From Halorhodospira sp. (lineage in GTDB: Bacteria > Pseudomonadota > Gammaproteobacteria > Nitrococcales > Halorhodospiraceae), in assembly GCA_007121755.1 (NCBI GenBank), contig SKJZ01000039.1, forward strand, positions 1-60,290: a stretch of DNA of 60,290 nucleotides, given 5' to 3'. The notes below the pieces were generated by a model. That model searched no databases and was not told the origin of the DNA. It saw nothing but the letters and a program-made list of their open reading frames with translations. The position numbers and the translations under genes are program-made. Each line of letters starts with the position of its first letter. Position 1 is the first letter of the stretch. Positions 1-8,498 of this stretch are shown here, piece by piece.

Positions 1-199
1 CTACTCGGCCGATCGGGAGCGCGCGCAAAAACTCGCGGCGCTGACGCGCCGCTCAGACAGCTTGCGCGCTCTCCGCTTCGCGGAGTCCTGATCGGCCTGC
101 GATGCTCGGCGCGTCCGGAGGCCGCCCGGCAGGGATTCCGCCCCGGCCATACGACCCGAACGCTTAGTAATGTCTCACTCCGCCAGTGCGAGGGGGCGG

Positions 200-2701
200 T
201 CAGGCCGCCGGGCTGCTCCAAGGCCACGGTTGCGGGCGGTCCAGATGGAACCCCTGGCCGTAGTCTACGCCCATCCGGCAAAGGCTCTCCCGCACCTGTT
301 CGTTCTCGACGAACTCCGCTACCGTGTGGATGCGCATCACTTGGCCGACCCGCTGAATCGCCTGGACCATGGCGTGGTGGACCTCGTCGGCGTCCATGTC
401 GCGGACGAAACTGCCGTCGATCTTGAGGTAGTCCACCGGCAGTTCGCGGAGATAACCGAAAGACGACATCCCCGTGCCGAAGTCGTCCAGCGCCGTGCGG
501 CAACCCAATCGCCGGGCGTTGAGAAGCAACTCGCGGGTCTGCTCCAGGTCCGAAACGGCGCTGGTCTCGGTGATCTCGAGACAGATACACGACGGTGGAA
601 TGTGGTACTTTTCGAAGCATCGCCGGACGAAGGGGAGGAACTCCGGATCGTTCAGGGAATTCCCGGAAATGTTGATGCTGGTTACGGAGTCGCGTCGCGC
701 GGGTTCCGCCCGGAGCATTCTGGCGATGCCGTCAAAGACGGTCTCCACCACCCACCGATCGACCGCCGGCATGATGTTGTAGCGTTCGCCGGCCGGAATA
801 AAGAGGCCCGGTGAGACTTGGTTGCCCTCATGGTCACGCAGCCGCAAAAGGATCTCGCCGTGCGGACCGCCGCCGCTGCCGTTGAGGGAGTGGATCGGCT
901 GATAGTAAAGCTCGAACCGCTCTTCCTCCAAGGCTTGCGGTAGAATACTGGCCCACTCCAATTCGGCGTGGCGCCGTTCAAAGGTGCTACTAGCGGCGTC
1001 GTAGACCTGTATGCGGTTCCGCCCACGGTCCTTGGCCTCGTAGCAGGCGTGGTCCGCCGCCTGTAACAGCGAGGACATGTCGTCCGCTCCGGGGGTGATC
1101 GGGGCTACGCCGATACTGGCCCCAATGGAGAAAGTGCGGGCGCCCCACTGAAAGCGGAATGTGCGGATGCGGTCGATGAGTGACTGCGCTACCTCGAGCG
1201 CGTGGTCCATGTCGTCGTTCCGGATCAGGAGGCCGAACTCGTCGCCACCGAGGCGGGCCAGTAAATCACCCTCCTGCAGATCGCGAGAGAGCCACGCGGA
1301 GAGCTCGCGGAGCAGTTCGTCCCCAGCCGAATGGCCGCAGGTGTCATTGACCAGTTTAAACTGGTCAAGATCGACATAGAGCAATGTGTGCCGGGAGCCG
1401 TCCGGGTCCGTGGGCTCCTTGAGCAGGGTGGCCATTCGCCGTTCGAACTCGCGCCGGTTGCACAGACCGGTCAACGGGTCGCGTGCCGCCTGCCAGGCGA
1501 GTTCCGCCTCGCGCTCCTTGTCGCGGGTGATATCACGGATGATAGCGGTGTAGCGTTGTCGGCCGCCGAACTGGAAGTCGCTCACGGCGATGTAGGCGGG
1601 GAATGTTTTTCCGGCGCGGCTGCGCGCTTCGATCTCCGCGCCACCGTCGTGTCCGGCGGCGTGGAGGCGTTCCATCAGTGTTGCGGCGTCCTCGTCCCGA
1701 TCCAGGTCAGCGAACAGCATGGTCGCCGGCTGGTGGAGGATTTCCTTGGTGTGGTAACCGAACAGGTCCACCGCCGCGCGGTTGAAGGTCTCGATAAGAC
1801 CGGCCTCATCCGTTGTGATAATGCCGTCGACGGTGGTGTTGAGCATGACCCGGGCCCACTCCTCGTGTTCCCGGATAACCTCCCTGGCTCGATGGCGCTC
1901 CCCGATATCGGTAAAGACCGCGAGGTAGTAGATGGGTTGATCGTGCTCGTCGAGGGCGGCGTTGATGGTCAGCCACTGGGGGTAGACGTTGCCGTCCTTG
2001 CGGCGATTCCAAACCTCGCCCTGCCAATGGTGCTCACTCTTCAGGGCCTGCCGCATCGACTGGTGAAAATCCGGTGCATGCAGGCCGGATGAGAGGATGG
2101 ACGGCGTCTTGCCGATCACCTCGTGCGGCGCGTAGCCGGTGATGCGGGTGAATGCCGGATTGACGCGCAGGATCACATCGTTCGGGTCCGTGAGCATAAG
2201 GCCTTCGTGCATATGCTCGAAGGCCGTCTCTGCCAGCGCCAATTGCTCTTGTTGGAAGTGGCGGGCGGTGACGTCGCGCAGAACGGCGATGAGATGCCGC
2301 TGCTCAGCCGCGTCGTCGCTGTGGACCCGGATCATCCATTCGCCACGGAAGGTGGTGCCGATGGAGGTGCGATGAATGAGTTCGCCCGACCAGGCGCCAT
2401 GGGATTCCAGCGCTTTGCGGATGGCCGCCGCATTGGCGCCCTCGCCCTCCATGAAGGGCGCCCGCGTACCAATCGCGGCCTCCGGGGCGTGTCCGGTGAG
2501 CCGGCCGTACGCGGAGTTGGCGTACTCAATGGTGGGGCTGTTCTCCCCGTCGAGGTCGATGCCGGTGATTAGAATCGCGTCGCGGCTGTGCTCCAGCGCG
2601 GCCCGAAAAAGCCCGCAGTCCTGTAAAGAGGGAGTTGCCGAGTGTGTGGAATCGGGATCAGACATCAGAATGCAAAGCCACGGCCCCAAGGTGGTTGCCA
2701 T
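200..2701 (-). CDS. c-di-GMP signalling protein: three PAS-like domains + GGDEF diguanylate cyclase + EAL phosphodiesterase
   Basis: 833-aa ORF. PAS-like segments (IEYANSAYGRLTG, RVNPAFTRITGY, ETFNRAAVDLFGY). Intact GGDEF (RLGGDEFGLL). EAL-domain motifs (GEILLRLR, LEITE, DDFGTG, KIDGSFV, YGQGF). Confidence 0.9.
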   Translation of the reverse strand: MATTLGPWLCILMSDPDSTHSATPSLQDCGLFRAALEHSRDAILITGIDLDGENSPTIEYANSAYGRLTGHAPEAAIGTRAPFMEGEGANAAAIRKALESHGAWSGELIHRTSIGTTFRGEWMIRVHSDDAAEQRHLIAVLRDVTARHFQQEQLALAETAFEHMHEGLMLTDPNDVILRVNPAFTRITGYAPHEVIGKTPSILSSGLHAPDFHQSMRQALKSEHHWQGEVWNRRKDGNVYPQWLTINAALDEHDQPIYYLAVFTDIGERHRAREVIREHEEWARVMLNTTVDGIITTDEAGLIETFNRAAVDLFGYHTKEILHQPATMLFADLDRDEDAATLMERLHAAGHDGGAEIEARSRAGKTFPAYIAVSDFQFGGRQRYTAIIRDITRDKEREAELAWQAARDPLTGLCNRREFERRMATLLKEPTDPDGSRHTLLYVDLDQFKLVNDTCGHSAGDELLRELSAWLSRDLQEGDLLARLGGDEFGLLIRNDDMDHALEVAQSLIDRIRTFRFQWGARTFSIGASIGVAPITPGADDMSSLLQAADHACYEAKDRGRNRIQVYDAASSTFERRHAELEWASILPQALEEERFELYYQPIHSLNGSGGGPHGEILLRLRDHEGNQVSPGLFIPAGERYNIMPAVDRWVVETVFDGIARMLRAEPARRDSVTSINISGNSLNDPEFLPFVRRCFEKYHIPPSCICLEITETSAVSDLEQTRELLLNARRLGCRTALDDFGTGMSSFGYLRELPVDYLKIDGSFVRDMDADEVHHAMVQAIQRVGQVMRIHTVAEFVENEQVRESLCRMGVDYGQGFHLDRPQPWPWSSPAA

Positions 2702-2744
2702 TGTATGCCAACTGCGGGTTTAACCCTACGGGGGCGTGCAGATA

Positions 2745-3251
2745 TCAGGCGCGTGTGATATTGCGGCTACGGGCGGCCGGCGATCGGTTACCGTCGGTGC
2801 CGTAGGTTACGGGCGCATCCTCTTCGCCGCCTTGGGCGAGTATCTCCATCAGCCGTCGGCGGTAGGCTAGGTTTCGGTGAATCAGACGGCCGTTGGCCTC
2901 GTTTAATAGCTGAACGGCAGAGATCCGTTCCTCCAGTTGGTCCCAGGCCGCCCGAAGTTCTTCATCCGCGCTGCGCAGCAGGAGGCGCACGCCGTTCCGT
3001 CCTTCGGGGAGCCCGGTTTCGGCATAGGCGGTGCGCCAATCCGTTTCGGCCGCCTCAAGATCCGCCAGGTATTCCGATTTCCGCCGAAGAAGGGGTTCCA
3101 GTTGGTCGAGGTCGCCTGCGCGTAGCATGCGGCCTTCCTCTTCTAGTACGGCCGCCACCTGGTCGGCACGGGCCGCGCATGCCTCGACACACAGCCGCAG
3201 CCGTTCGAGGAGTTCACGGTCACTGCTGCCGGGCGAGAAGACGCGTTCCAA
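2745..3251 (-). CDS. flgN: Flagellar export chaperone FlgN (for FlgK/FlgL)
   Basis: 168-aa helical Leu/Glu/Arg-rich ORF 7 bp downstream of flgM on the same strand. Conserved flgA-flgM-flgN synteny. FlgN-like C-terminal part (LLNEANGRLIHRNLAYRRRL). Confidence 0.75.
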   Translation of the reverse strand: MERVFSPGSSDRELLERLRLCVEACAARADQVAAVLEEEGRMLRAGDLDQLEPLLRRKSEYLADLEAAETDWRTAYAETGLPEGRNGVRLLLRSADEELRAAWDQLEERISAVQLLNEANGRLIHRNLAYRRRLMEILAQGGEEDAPVTYGTDGNRSPAARSRNITRA

Positions 3252-3258
3252 TGCGGCG

Positions 3259-3576
3259 CTACTCGTCGTCGTTGATCAACGCTTCAAGTTCTGCGAACTT
3301 GCGCGCGACTTTCTCGGCGTCTACAGGGTAGTCGCCATTGGCGATACGCTCTTTCAGCGCATCCACACGTTCACGATCGATCTCGGGCGTCTCTTCGATG
3401 CGGTCGCGAATGGTCTGGAGGCGATCCGACAAAGCGGCTTCGTCTTCGCCGCCCGCGCGCGTGGTACGGCCGGCTTCGGCCGCTACTCCCCCGCTGCCGT
3501 TGACCTTTTGACCCTTGCCGGACGTTAAGGCGCCGGGCGCTGTCGGACGGGGGCCATTATCGATCGGGTTGGACAT
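3259..3576 (-). CDS. flgM: Anti-sigma-28 factor FlgM
   Basis: C-terminal FlgM region (IDRERVDALKERIANGDYPVDAEKVARKFAELE). GAGGAGAG ribosome-binding site just before the ATG at 3576; the ORF could extend to 3609. Sigma28 promoter upstream. Confidence 0.8.
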   Translation of the reverse strand: MSNPIDNGPRPTAPGALTSGKGQKVNGSGGVAAEAGRTTRAGGEDEAALSDRLQTIRDRIEETPEIDRERVDALKERIANGDYPVDAEKVARKFAELEALINDDE

Positions 3577-3660
3577 CGGGCTCTCCTCAACCGGGCTTCT
3601 ATCTCTCAAAATTAGCCTGACCGTCGCGGCCTAATTCGGCCGCAACTCCGCTATAACACA

Positions 3661-3687
3661 CTATCGGCCGCTCTCAATGGAACTTTA
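3661..3687 (-). promoter_or_regulatory. Sigma28 (FliA) promoter for flgM-flgN, possibly also the downstream GGDEF-EAL gene
   Basis: Minus strand reads TAAAGTTC-N11-GCCGATAG against consensus TAAAGTTT-N11-GCCGATAA. Lies about 85 bp upstream of the flgM ATG. Confidence 0.7.
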
Positions 3688-3718
3688 GCCCTCATTAGCT
3701 ACATTGGAACACCGTTGG

Positions 3719-4510
3719 TCAGAACGCAACCTCGACGCGGTTCGGCGCGGTTACGCGGCCTTCAATCTCACGGCCGGAATCAAGGTTCCGTACCCGGATG
3801 CGGTCGCCCTCGCGGCCGTTCTGCAACGCTTCGCCCCGCCCGGTGATTTGAATACCGTTGCCCCTTCCAGCCTCAATGACTACCTCGCTTCCCCGGCGAA
3901 TGAGCAGGGGCTCTTCGACCGACCGGGCGGTAATAATATCCCCTTCCCGAATCGATCGGCGCGCTTCCAGGCCTGCCACGTCGTCGGGTTGTGTGAACCA
4001 GGCGTCGCGATGGCGGCTGATGTCGCGGGCGCTTATACGGAGGTCATCGGAAAGGATTCGGCTGCCGCGGTGCAGTGGGCGGGCGGCTACGACGACTTGC
4101 GAGTGGATCTCCACGCTAACGGGCACGTAGATCGTCCACGGCGCTGCCCCCGTGCAGCGAACGCCTACCGTGGTGGCGCGCAGCGGGTCGCGGCCGTGGG
4201 GTAGGAAGCCCTCCAGTGGTTCGTCGCAAGCGTGCAGGCGCAGCCGTTGGTCCGGCCGAGCGGCGCTCACGGATATGGTGCCTTCGTGCATGCTCTCCAG
4301 GGCTGCGGTCAAATAGGACTCCGCCGTCTCCTGGATTACCGAGACCGACTGTATCGGTTCGGCCGCGGCGGTCGTTGCGAGGCAGAGCGTCGCCATGGCG
4401 ACGCCGTGGCGACGTGCGGCCGACAATAATCCGGCGCTTTGCCGCGCGGACGCCCCCGATTGCCGAAGCCTCAGGCGGCGCATAGGCCTTATGTGGCTAT
4501 GCTCTGGCAT
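3719..4510 (-). CDS. flgA: Flagellar P-ring assembly chaperone FlgA
   Basis: 263-aa ORF with an N-terminal signal-like segment (MATLCLATTAAA). FlgA C-terminal motif (IRRGSEVVIEAGRGNGIQITGRGEALQNGREGDRIRVRN). An internal Met start is possible. Confidence 0.85.
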   Translation of the reverse strand: MPEHSHIRPMRRLRLRQSGASARQSAGLLSAARRHGVAMATLCLATTAAAEPIQSVSVIQETAESYLTAALESMHEGTISVSAARPDQRLRLHACDEPLEGFLPHGRDPLRATTVGVRCTGAAPWTIYVPVSVEIHSQVVVAARPLHRGSRILSDDLRISARDISRHRDAWFTQPDDVAGLEARRSIREGDIITARSVEEPLLIRRGSEVVIEAGRGNGIQITGRGEALQNGREGDRIRVRNLDSGREIEGRVTAPNRVEVAF

Positions 4511-4673
4511 ACCTTCGGCACCTTCGCCGGGATCTCTAATCTAGACAATACAGCAAGTATTATGCCGTATAACAACGCTTAGAGTGCTTTCACCTCTCTG
4601 TAGAGGGGATTACCATGTCTCCGGGGCGGCGGTGCCGCAGCGTGTAGGTAATCGTGGAGGAGTCTGAACGGGG

Positions 4674-5615
4674 ATGGCCGGAATACTGGACTCAGTCGAC
4701 CAGCGTACACAGCTGGCCGGCCAGAATCGCATGGAGCTGCTGCTGTTCCGTTTCGACGGCAGGCAGCGGTACGGCATCAATGTCTTCAAGGTCCGGGAAG
4801 TGCTTCCGGCACTGGAGTTGCAACGGGTTCCTCACTCGCATCCGGTGGCGGTGGGTATCGCCCATATCCGCGGCCAGACGATACCGGTGTTCGATTTGAG
4901 CCTCGCCACCACGGGCCGGCCGTTGGAGAAGAGCGAGGGGAACTACATCATTATCTCCGAGTACAACCGCCAGGTTCAGGGCTTTCTGGTCGCCGGTGTC
5001 GACCGGATCATCAATATGAACTGGGAGGACGTGTTGCCGCCGCCCTCGTCGGGGGCCGGCGGCACCTATTTGACCGCCATTGCCCGTATTGAAGGGGAGA
5101 TGATCCAGATCATCGATGTGGAGAAGGTGTTGGCCGAGGTGAATGCCGCGGGCGGGGCGGATCTCCACACCACCGAGGGCGGCGGCGTTGACGAGGTAAG
5201 CGGCGCCGGCGACTATCTGGTGCTGGCGGTGGACGACTCCGCGGTGGCCCGTAAGCAGGTTACGCGGACCATTGATGATATCGGATTGCGTTCCGTGGCC
5301 GCCACGAACGGCCGGGAGGGGTTGGAACAGCTTCGGGAGTGGGCCGAGCAGGATCCTTCGCCACTGCGCGACCTGATCATGGTGATCTCCGATATCGAGA
5401 TGCCGGTGATGGACGGGTATACTCTCACCCGCCGGATCCGTGAAGACCGGCGCTTGTCCCATGTGCATGTATTGCTGCACACGTCGCTGAGCGGAGTCTT
5501 CAACGCGGAGATGGTCCAGCGTGTCGGCGCCGATGACTTTTTGGCGAAGTTTCACTCCCAGGATCTCGCGGATCGGATTCGTGCGAGACTGGATGAGCGA
5601 ATGGAGAGCCGTTAG
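4674..5615 (+). CDS. cheV: Chemotaxis coupling protein CheV (CheW-like domain + receiver domain)
   Basis: N-terminal CheW-like region (MELLLFRFDGRQRYGINVFKVREV). C-terminal receiver (LAVDDSAVARK, VISDIEMPVMDGY, LHTSLSG, FLAKF). Confidence 0.9.
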   Translation: MAGILDSVDQRTQLAGQNRMELLLFRFDGRQRYGINVFKVREVLPALELQRVPHSHPVAVGIAHIRGQTIPVFDLSLATTGRPLEKSEGNYIIISEYNRQVQGFLVAGVDRIINMNWEDVLPPPSSGAGGTYLTAIARIEGEMIQIIDVEKVLAEVNAAGGADLHTTEGGGVDEVSGAGDYLVLAVDDSAVARKQVTRTIDDIGLRSVAATNGREGLEQLREWAEQDPSPLRDLIMVISDIEMPVMDGYTLTRRIREDRRLSHVHVLLHTSLSGVFNAEMVQRVGADDFLAKFHSQDLADRIRARLDERMESR

Positions 5616-5707
5616 GGTTCCCCGCTGCCGGCGGCGCGGCTGCCGTACGGTCCGGGTTGGATTTCGGGCTCCTTAATTGAATCGAGGATGAGACAGGGGG
5701 GATCGGT

Positions 5708-6532
5708 TTGTCGGCCGTTTCCATTCGCAACGAGGATTATCAGGCATTTAGCCGCTTCCTGGAGCGCTCCTGCGGTATCGTCCTCGGTGATAACAAGCAG
5801 TACCTGGTGGCCAGCCGGTTGGGGCCGTTGTTGGATGAGCAGGGCATGGCGGGTTTGGGTCAATTGGTCCAGGCTTTGGAGAGCCCCTCCGGTCGCGACT
5901 TGAAGGGCCGGGTCATCGAGGCGATGACCACCAACGAGACGCAGTGGTTCCGCGACACATACCCGTTCGAGGTGCTGCGCAAGCATATCCTTCCTGAATT
6001 GGAGCGCCAAGGCGTCAGGACAGCGCGTATTTGGAGCGCCGCCAGCTCTTCGGGGCAGGAGGCGTACTCCATTAGTATGACGTTGGAGGAGTATAAGGCC
6101 CAGGGCGGCCGGCTGGAGGCCGAGATCGTGGGCACCGACATCTCTCCGGCCATGGTCCAGCAAGCCACCGCGGCCCGTTACCGCGCCAATGTGGCTAGGC
6201 GCGGGCTCTCGGTCGAGCGTCAGCAACGTTTCTTCGATTCCATTGGGGAGAATACCTGGGAGGTTAAGCCCCACGTCCGTCGGCGGGTCTCCTTTAAGGT
6301 CCACAATCTTTTGGAAAGCTACGCCGGCTTGGGCAAGTTCGACTTGGTGTTCTGCCGTAATGTGTTGATCTATTTCGGGTGGGAGTCCAGAAAGGACATT
6401 ATTGAGCGGATGGCCAGCGTCATGAAGCCCGGCGCCTATTTGATCGTCGGCGCCTCCGAGTCGCTGGCTCGGCACTCCGAGGAATTCGAGTTGGTGCGCC
6501 TAGACGGCGGCGTGATCTACCGCCGCCGGTAA
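5708..6532 (+). CDS. cheR: Chemotaxis protein methyltransferase CheR
   Basis: 274 aa. CheR N-terminal helical domain plus SAM-methyltransferase motifs (RIWSAASSSGQEAYS, DLVFCRNVLIYF). TTG start in the ORF track. Confidence 0.9.
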   Translation: MSAVSIRNEDYQAFSRFLERSCGIVLGDNKQYLVASRLGPLLDEQGMAGLGQLVQALESPSGRDLKGRVIEAMTTNETQWFRDTYPFEVLRKHILPELERQGVRTARIWSAASSSGQEAYSISMTLEEYKAQGGRLEAEIVGTDISPAMVQQATAARYRANVARRGLSVERQQRFFDSIGENTWEVKPHVRRRVSFKVHNLLESYAGLGKFDLVFCRNVLIYFGWESRKDIIERMASVMKPGAYLIVGASESLARHSEEFELVRLDGGVIYRRR

Positions 6533-6721
6533 CGATTTCAGCGCCGGTCGGGTCCGCCGGCCGGCATATTCTTGCCGCCCTGCCGGCAAACCGTTGCCGG
6601 GTCTGCCCCTTGTTCCGGTCGCTGGCAGCGGAGCGAGTACCCCACCCAAGTCGCCGGGCGGCTCCTGTGGCACTGCCCGGCGCCGAGTTCACCAGCCTCT
6701 CCCCGCCTTGTTCCTGTTCAC

Positions 6722-6737
6722 TGGCACGACTTCTGCA
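6722..6737 (+). promoter_or_regulatory. Sigma54 (RpoN) promoter for the flgB operon
   Basis: TGGCAC-GACTT-CTGCA with exact GG-N10-GC spacing. Lies about 38 bp upstream of the flgB ATG. Confidence 0.65.
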
Positions 6738-6774
6738 TCCATCCGTAGGCGGAAGTCTGTTTGAAAGGTGATTG

Positions 6775-7182
6775 ATGAGCACGGGAATGGACAAGCTGTT
6801 CGGTATTCCGGAGCAGGCGATGCGTCTACGGGGGGAGCGCCATCAATTGCTCGCCTCCAACATTGCCAATGCCGACACGCCGAACTACAAGGCGCGGGAT
6901 ATGGATTTCCAGCAGGCCATGCGGCAGGCTGGCGCGCCGCCTGCGCGGCCTCTGCAGGCGACCCACGCTCAACACCTTCAGCCGCCGCCTTCAGACATGC
7001 TGTCGGCGGCGGATCCGAAATCTTTATACCGTGTTCCCCACGGAGCGGCGTTGGACGGGAATACGGTGGAGACCCATGTGGAGCAAGCCAAGTTTGCCGA
7101 GAACGCGGTCAACCACCAAGCCACGATGGAGTTTCTGGGCGGCCGGATTCGTAAGTTGACCAGCGCCATCCGCGGAGAGTAG
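6775..7182 (+). CDS. flgB: Flagellar proximal rod protein FlgB
   Basis: Rod-family N-terminal motif LASNIANADTPNYKARD. First gene of the flgBCDEFG order. Confidence 0.9.
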   Translation: MSTGMDKLFGIPEQAMRLRGERHQLLASNIANADTPNYKARDMDFQQAMRQAGAPPARPLQATHAQHLQPPPSDMLSAADPKSLYRVPHGAALDGNTVETHVEQAKFAENAVNHQATMEFLGGRIRKLTSAIRGE

Positions 7183-7186
7183 AGCC

Positions 7187-7762
7187 ATGCCGTTAATGCA
7201 CGCCATCGATGTCGCCGGAACCGGGATGAATGCGCAGCAAGTCCGGCTCAACACCGTGGCCAGTAACCTGGCGAATGCGGAGACCGTCGCGCCGACACCG
7301 GAAGAGGCGTATCGGGCGCGCCAACCGGTGTTCGCGGCGGCCCTGCACAAGGCTCAAGGGGGGTATCCGGAGTGGGGTGGCTCACAACCTCCTGGGCAGT
7401 GGAACGGTCCTCCCCCGTGGGCGGAGCATCAAGGGCCGGTAGCGTATCAAGCCCAGTTCTTTCAAGACCCGCTGGCCTTGCCGGCGGAGCGCGCTCTTGG
7501 GTTCGAGGATCCGTGGGCTTCGCCGTCTCCGAGCGTTCCGGTCTTCATGCCGGGCGTGGTGGAGAGCGATGCGGAAATCGAGCCCATCTACAAGCCGCAC
7601 CATCCCCAGGCCGACGAGAACGGCTTTGTATACCGCTCCAATGTGAACCCCATCGAGGAGATGACCAATATGATCTCGGCGTCTCGTTCATTCCAAAACA
7701 ATGTCGAGGTCATGAACACCTCGCGGGATCTCATGCTGGAGACTCTGCGACTCGGCAGATAG
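7187..7762 (+). CDS. flgC: Flagellar proximal rod protein FlgC, with an atypical internal insertion
   Basis: N-terminal VASNLANAET and C-terminal MISASRSFQNNVEVMNTSRDLMLETLRLG are canonical. 191 aa against about 135 aa typical. Confidence 0.9.
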   Translation: MPLMHAIDVAGTGMNAQQVRLNTVASNLANAETVAPTPEEAYRARQPVFAAALHKAQGGYPEWGGSQPPGQWNGPPPWAEHQGPVAYQAQFFQDPLALPAERALGFEDPWASPSPSVPVFMPGVVESDAEIEPIYKPHHPQADENGFVYRSNVNPIEEMTNMISASRSFQNNVEVMNTSRDLMLETLRLGR

Positions 7763-7772
7763 GGAGGAGGTC

Positions 7773-8474
7773 ATGCTGAACCCAGCACAAATGGCGGGGC
7801 TTGCCGGCGATGGAGGAAAGCCGGGCGGTATCCCGGAGGAGTTGCTTCTCCCCAAAGAGGAGGAGAACGGCTCCAACGATATCACCCACGAGGACTTCCT
7901 CAAGCTGATGCTGGCCCAGTTGGAGAACCAGGATCCGACCAACCCCCAGGACACGGAGAAGTTCATGGGGCAGATCGCGCAGTTCACTGCGGCATCCGGA
8001 ATCAGCCAACTGCAGTCCGACTTCCAGTCGTTCTTTGAGCATATGCGGTCGGATCAGTCCCTGCGGGCGTCCCACTTCGTCGGCCGGGAGGTGGTGGTGC
8101 GCGGCGCAGAGGGCTACCTGCCGGAACAGGGGGAATTGCAGGCTGTAATCGACCTCAAGGAGACGGCGCCGAACTTGACGGTGGACGTCGTCAGTCAATC
8201 GGGGGAACGGATCTACCGGGAGCGGCTTGGCGAGCGGTCGTCGGGCGAGCACCCCTTCCAATGGGACGGGACGGACGAGGACGGTCAGCGGCTGCCCGCG
8301 GGTAGCTACAAGATCAACGCGTACATCGAGGATGGCGATGAACGCCACGGCGTGCCCACCCTGGTGGGGGCGCCGGTGACCAGTGTCAGCTTGGGGCGCG
8401 ACGGGCGACCGCCAATGCTTAGCGTGGCCGGCCAGGGAGAGGTCTCCCTGGACGAAGTGCGGCGAATTCGGTAA
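7773..8474 (+). CDS. flgD: Hook capping/scaffold protein FlgD
   Basis: FlgD signature FLKLMLAQLENQDPTNP. Positioned between flgC and flgE. Confidence 0.9.
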   Translation: MLNPAQMAGLAGDGGKPGGIPEELLLPKEEENGSNDITHEDFLKLMLAQLENQDPTNPQDTEKFMGQIAQFTAASGISQLQSDFQSFFEHMRSDQSLRASHFVGREVVVRGAEGYLPEQGELQAVIDLKETAPNLTVDVVSQSGERIYRERLGERSSGEHPFQWDGTDEDGQRLPAGSYKINAYIEDGDERHGVPTLVGAPVTSVSLGRDGRPPMLSVAGQGEVSLDEVRRIR

Positions 8475-8498
8475 TTCGGCTCGAAAAGGGAGTCTGCC

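Noticed and set aside
1-199. Window start: a possible 49-aa minus-strand ORF ending at position 1, downstream of the GGDEF-EAL gene.
   Set aside because: It is too short, Arg/Ala-rich, has no ribosome-binding site or motif, and lies at the window edge. It cannot be supported.
4544-4570. GCCGTATAA motif upstream of cheV as a possible sigma28 -10 element.
   Set aside because: It carries an extra base relative to GCCGATAA, and no TAAAG-like -35 element lies at 11-12 bp. It is not supported.
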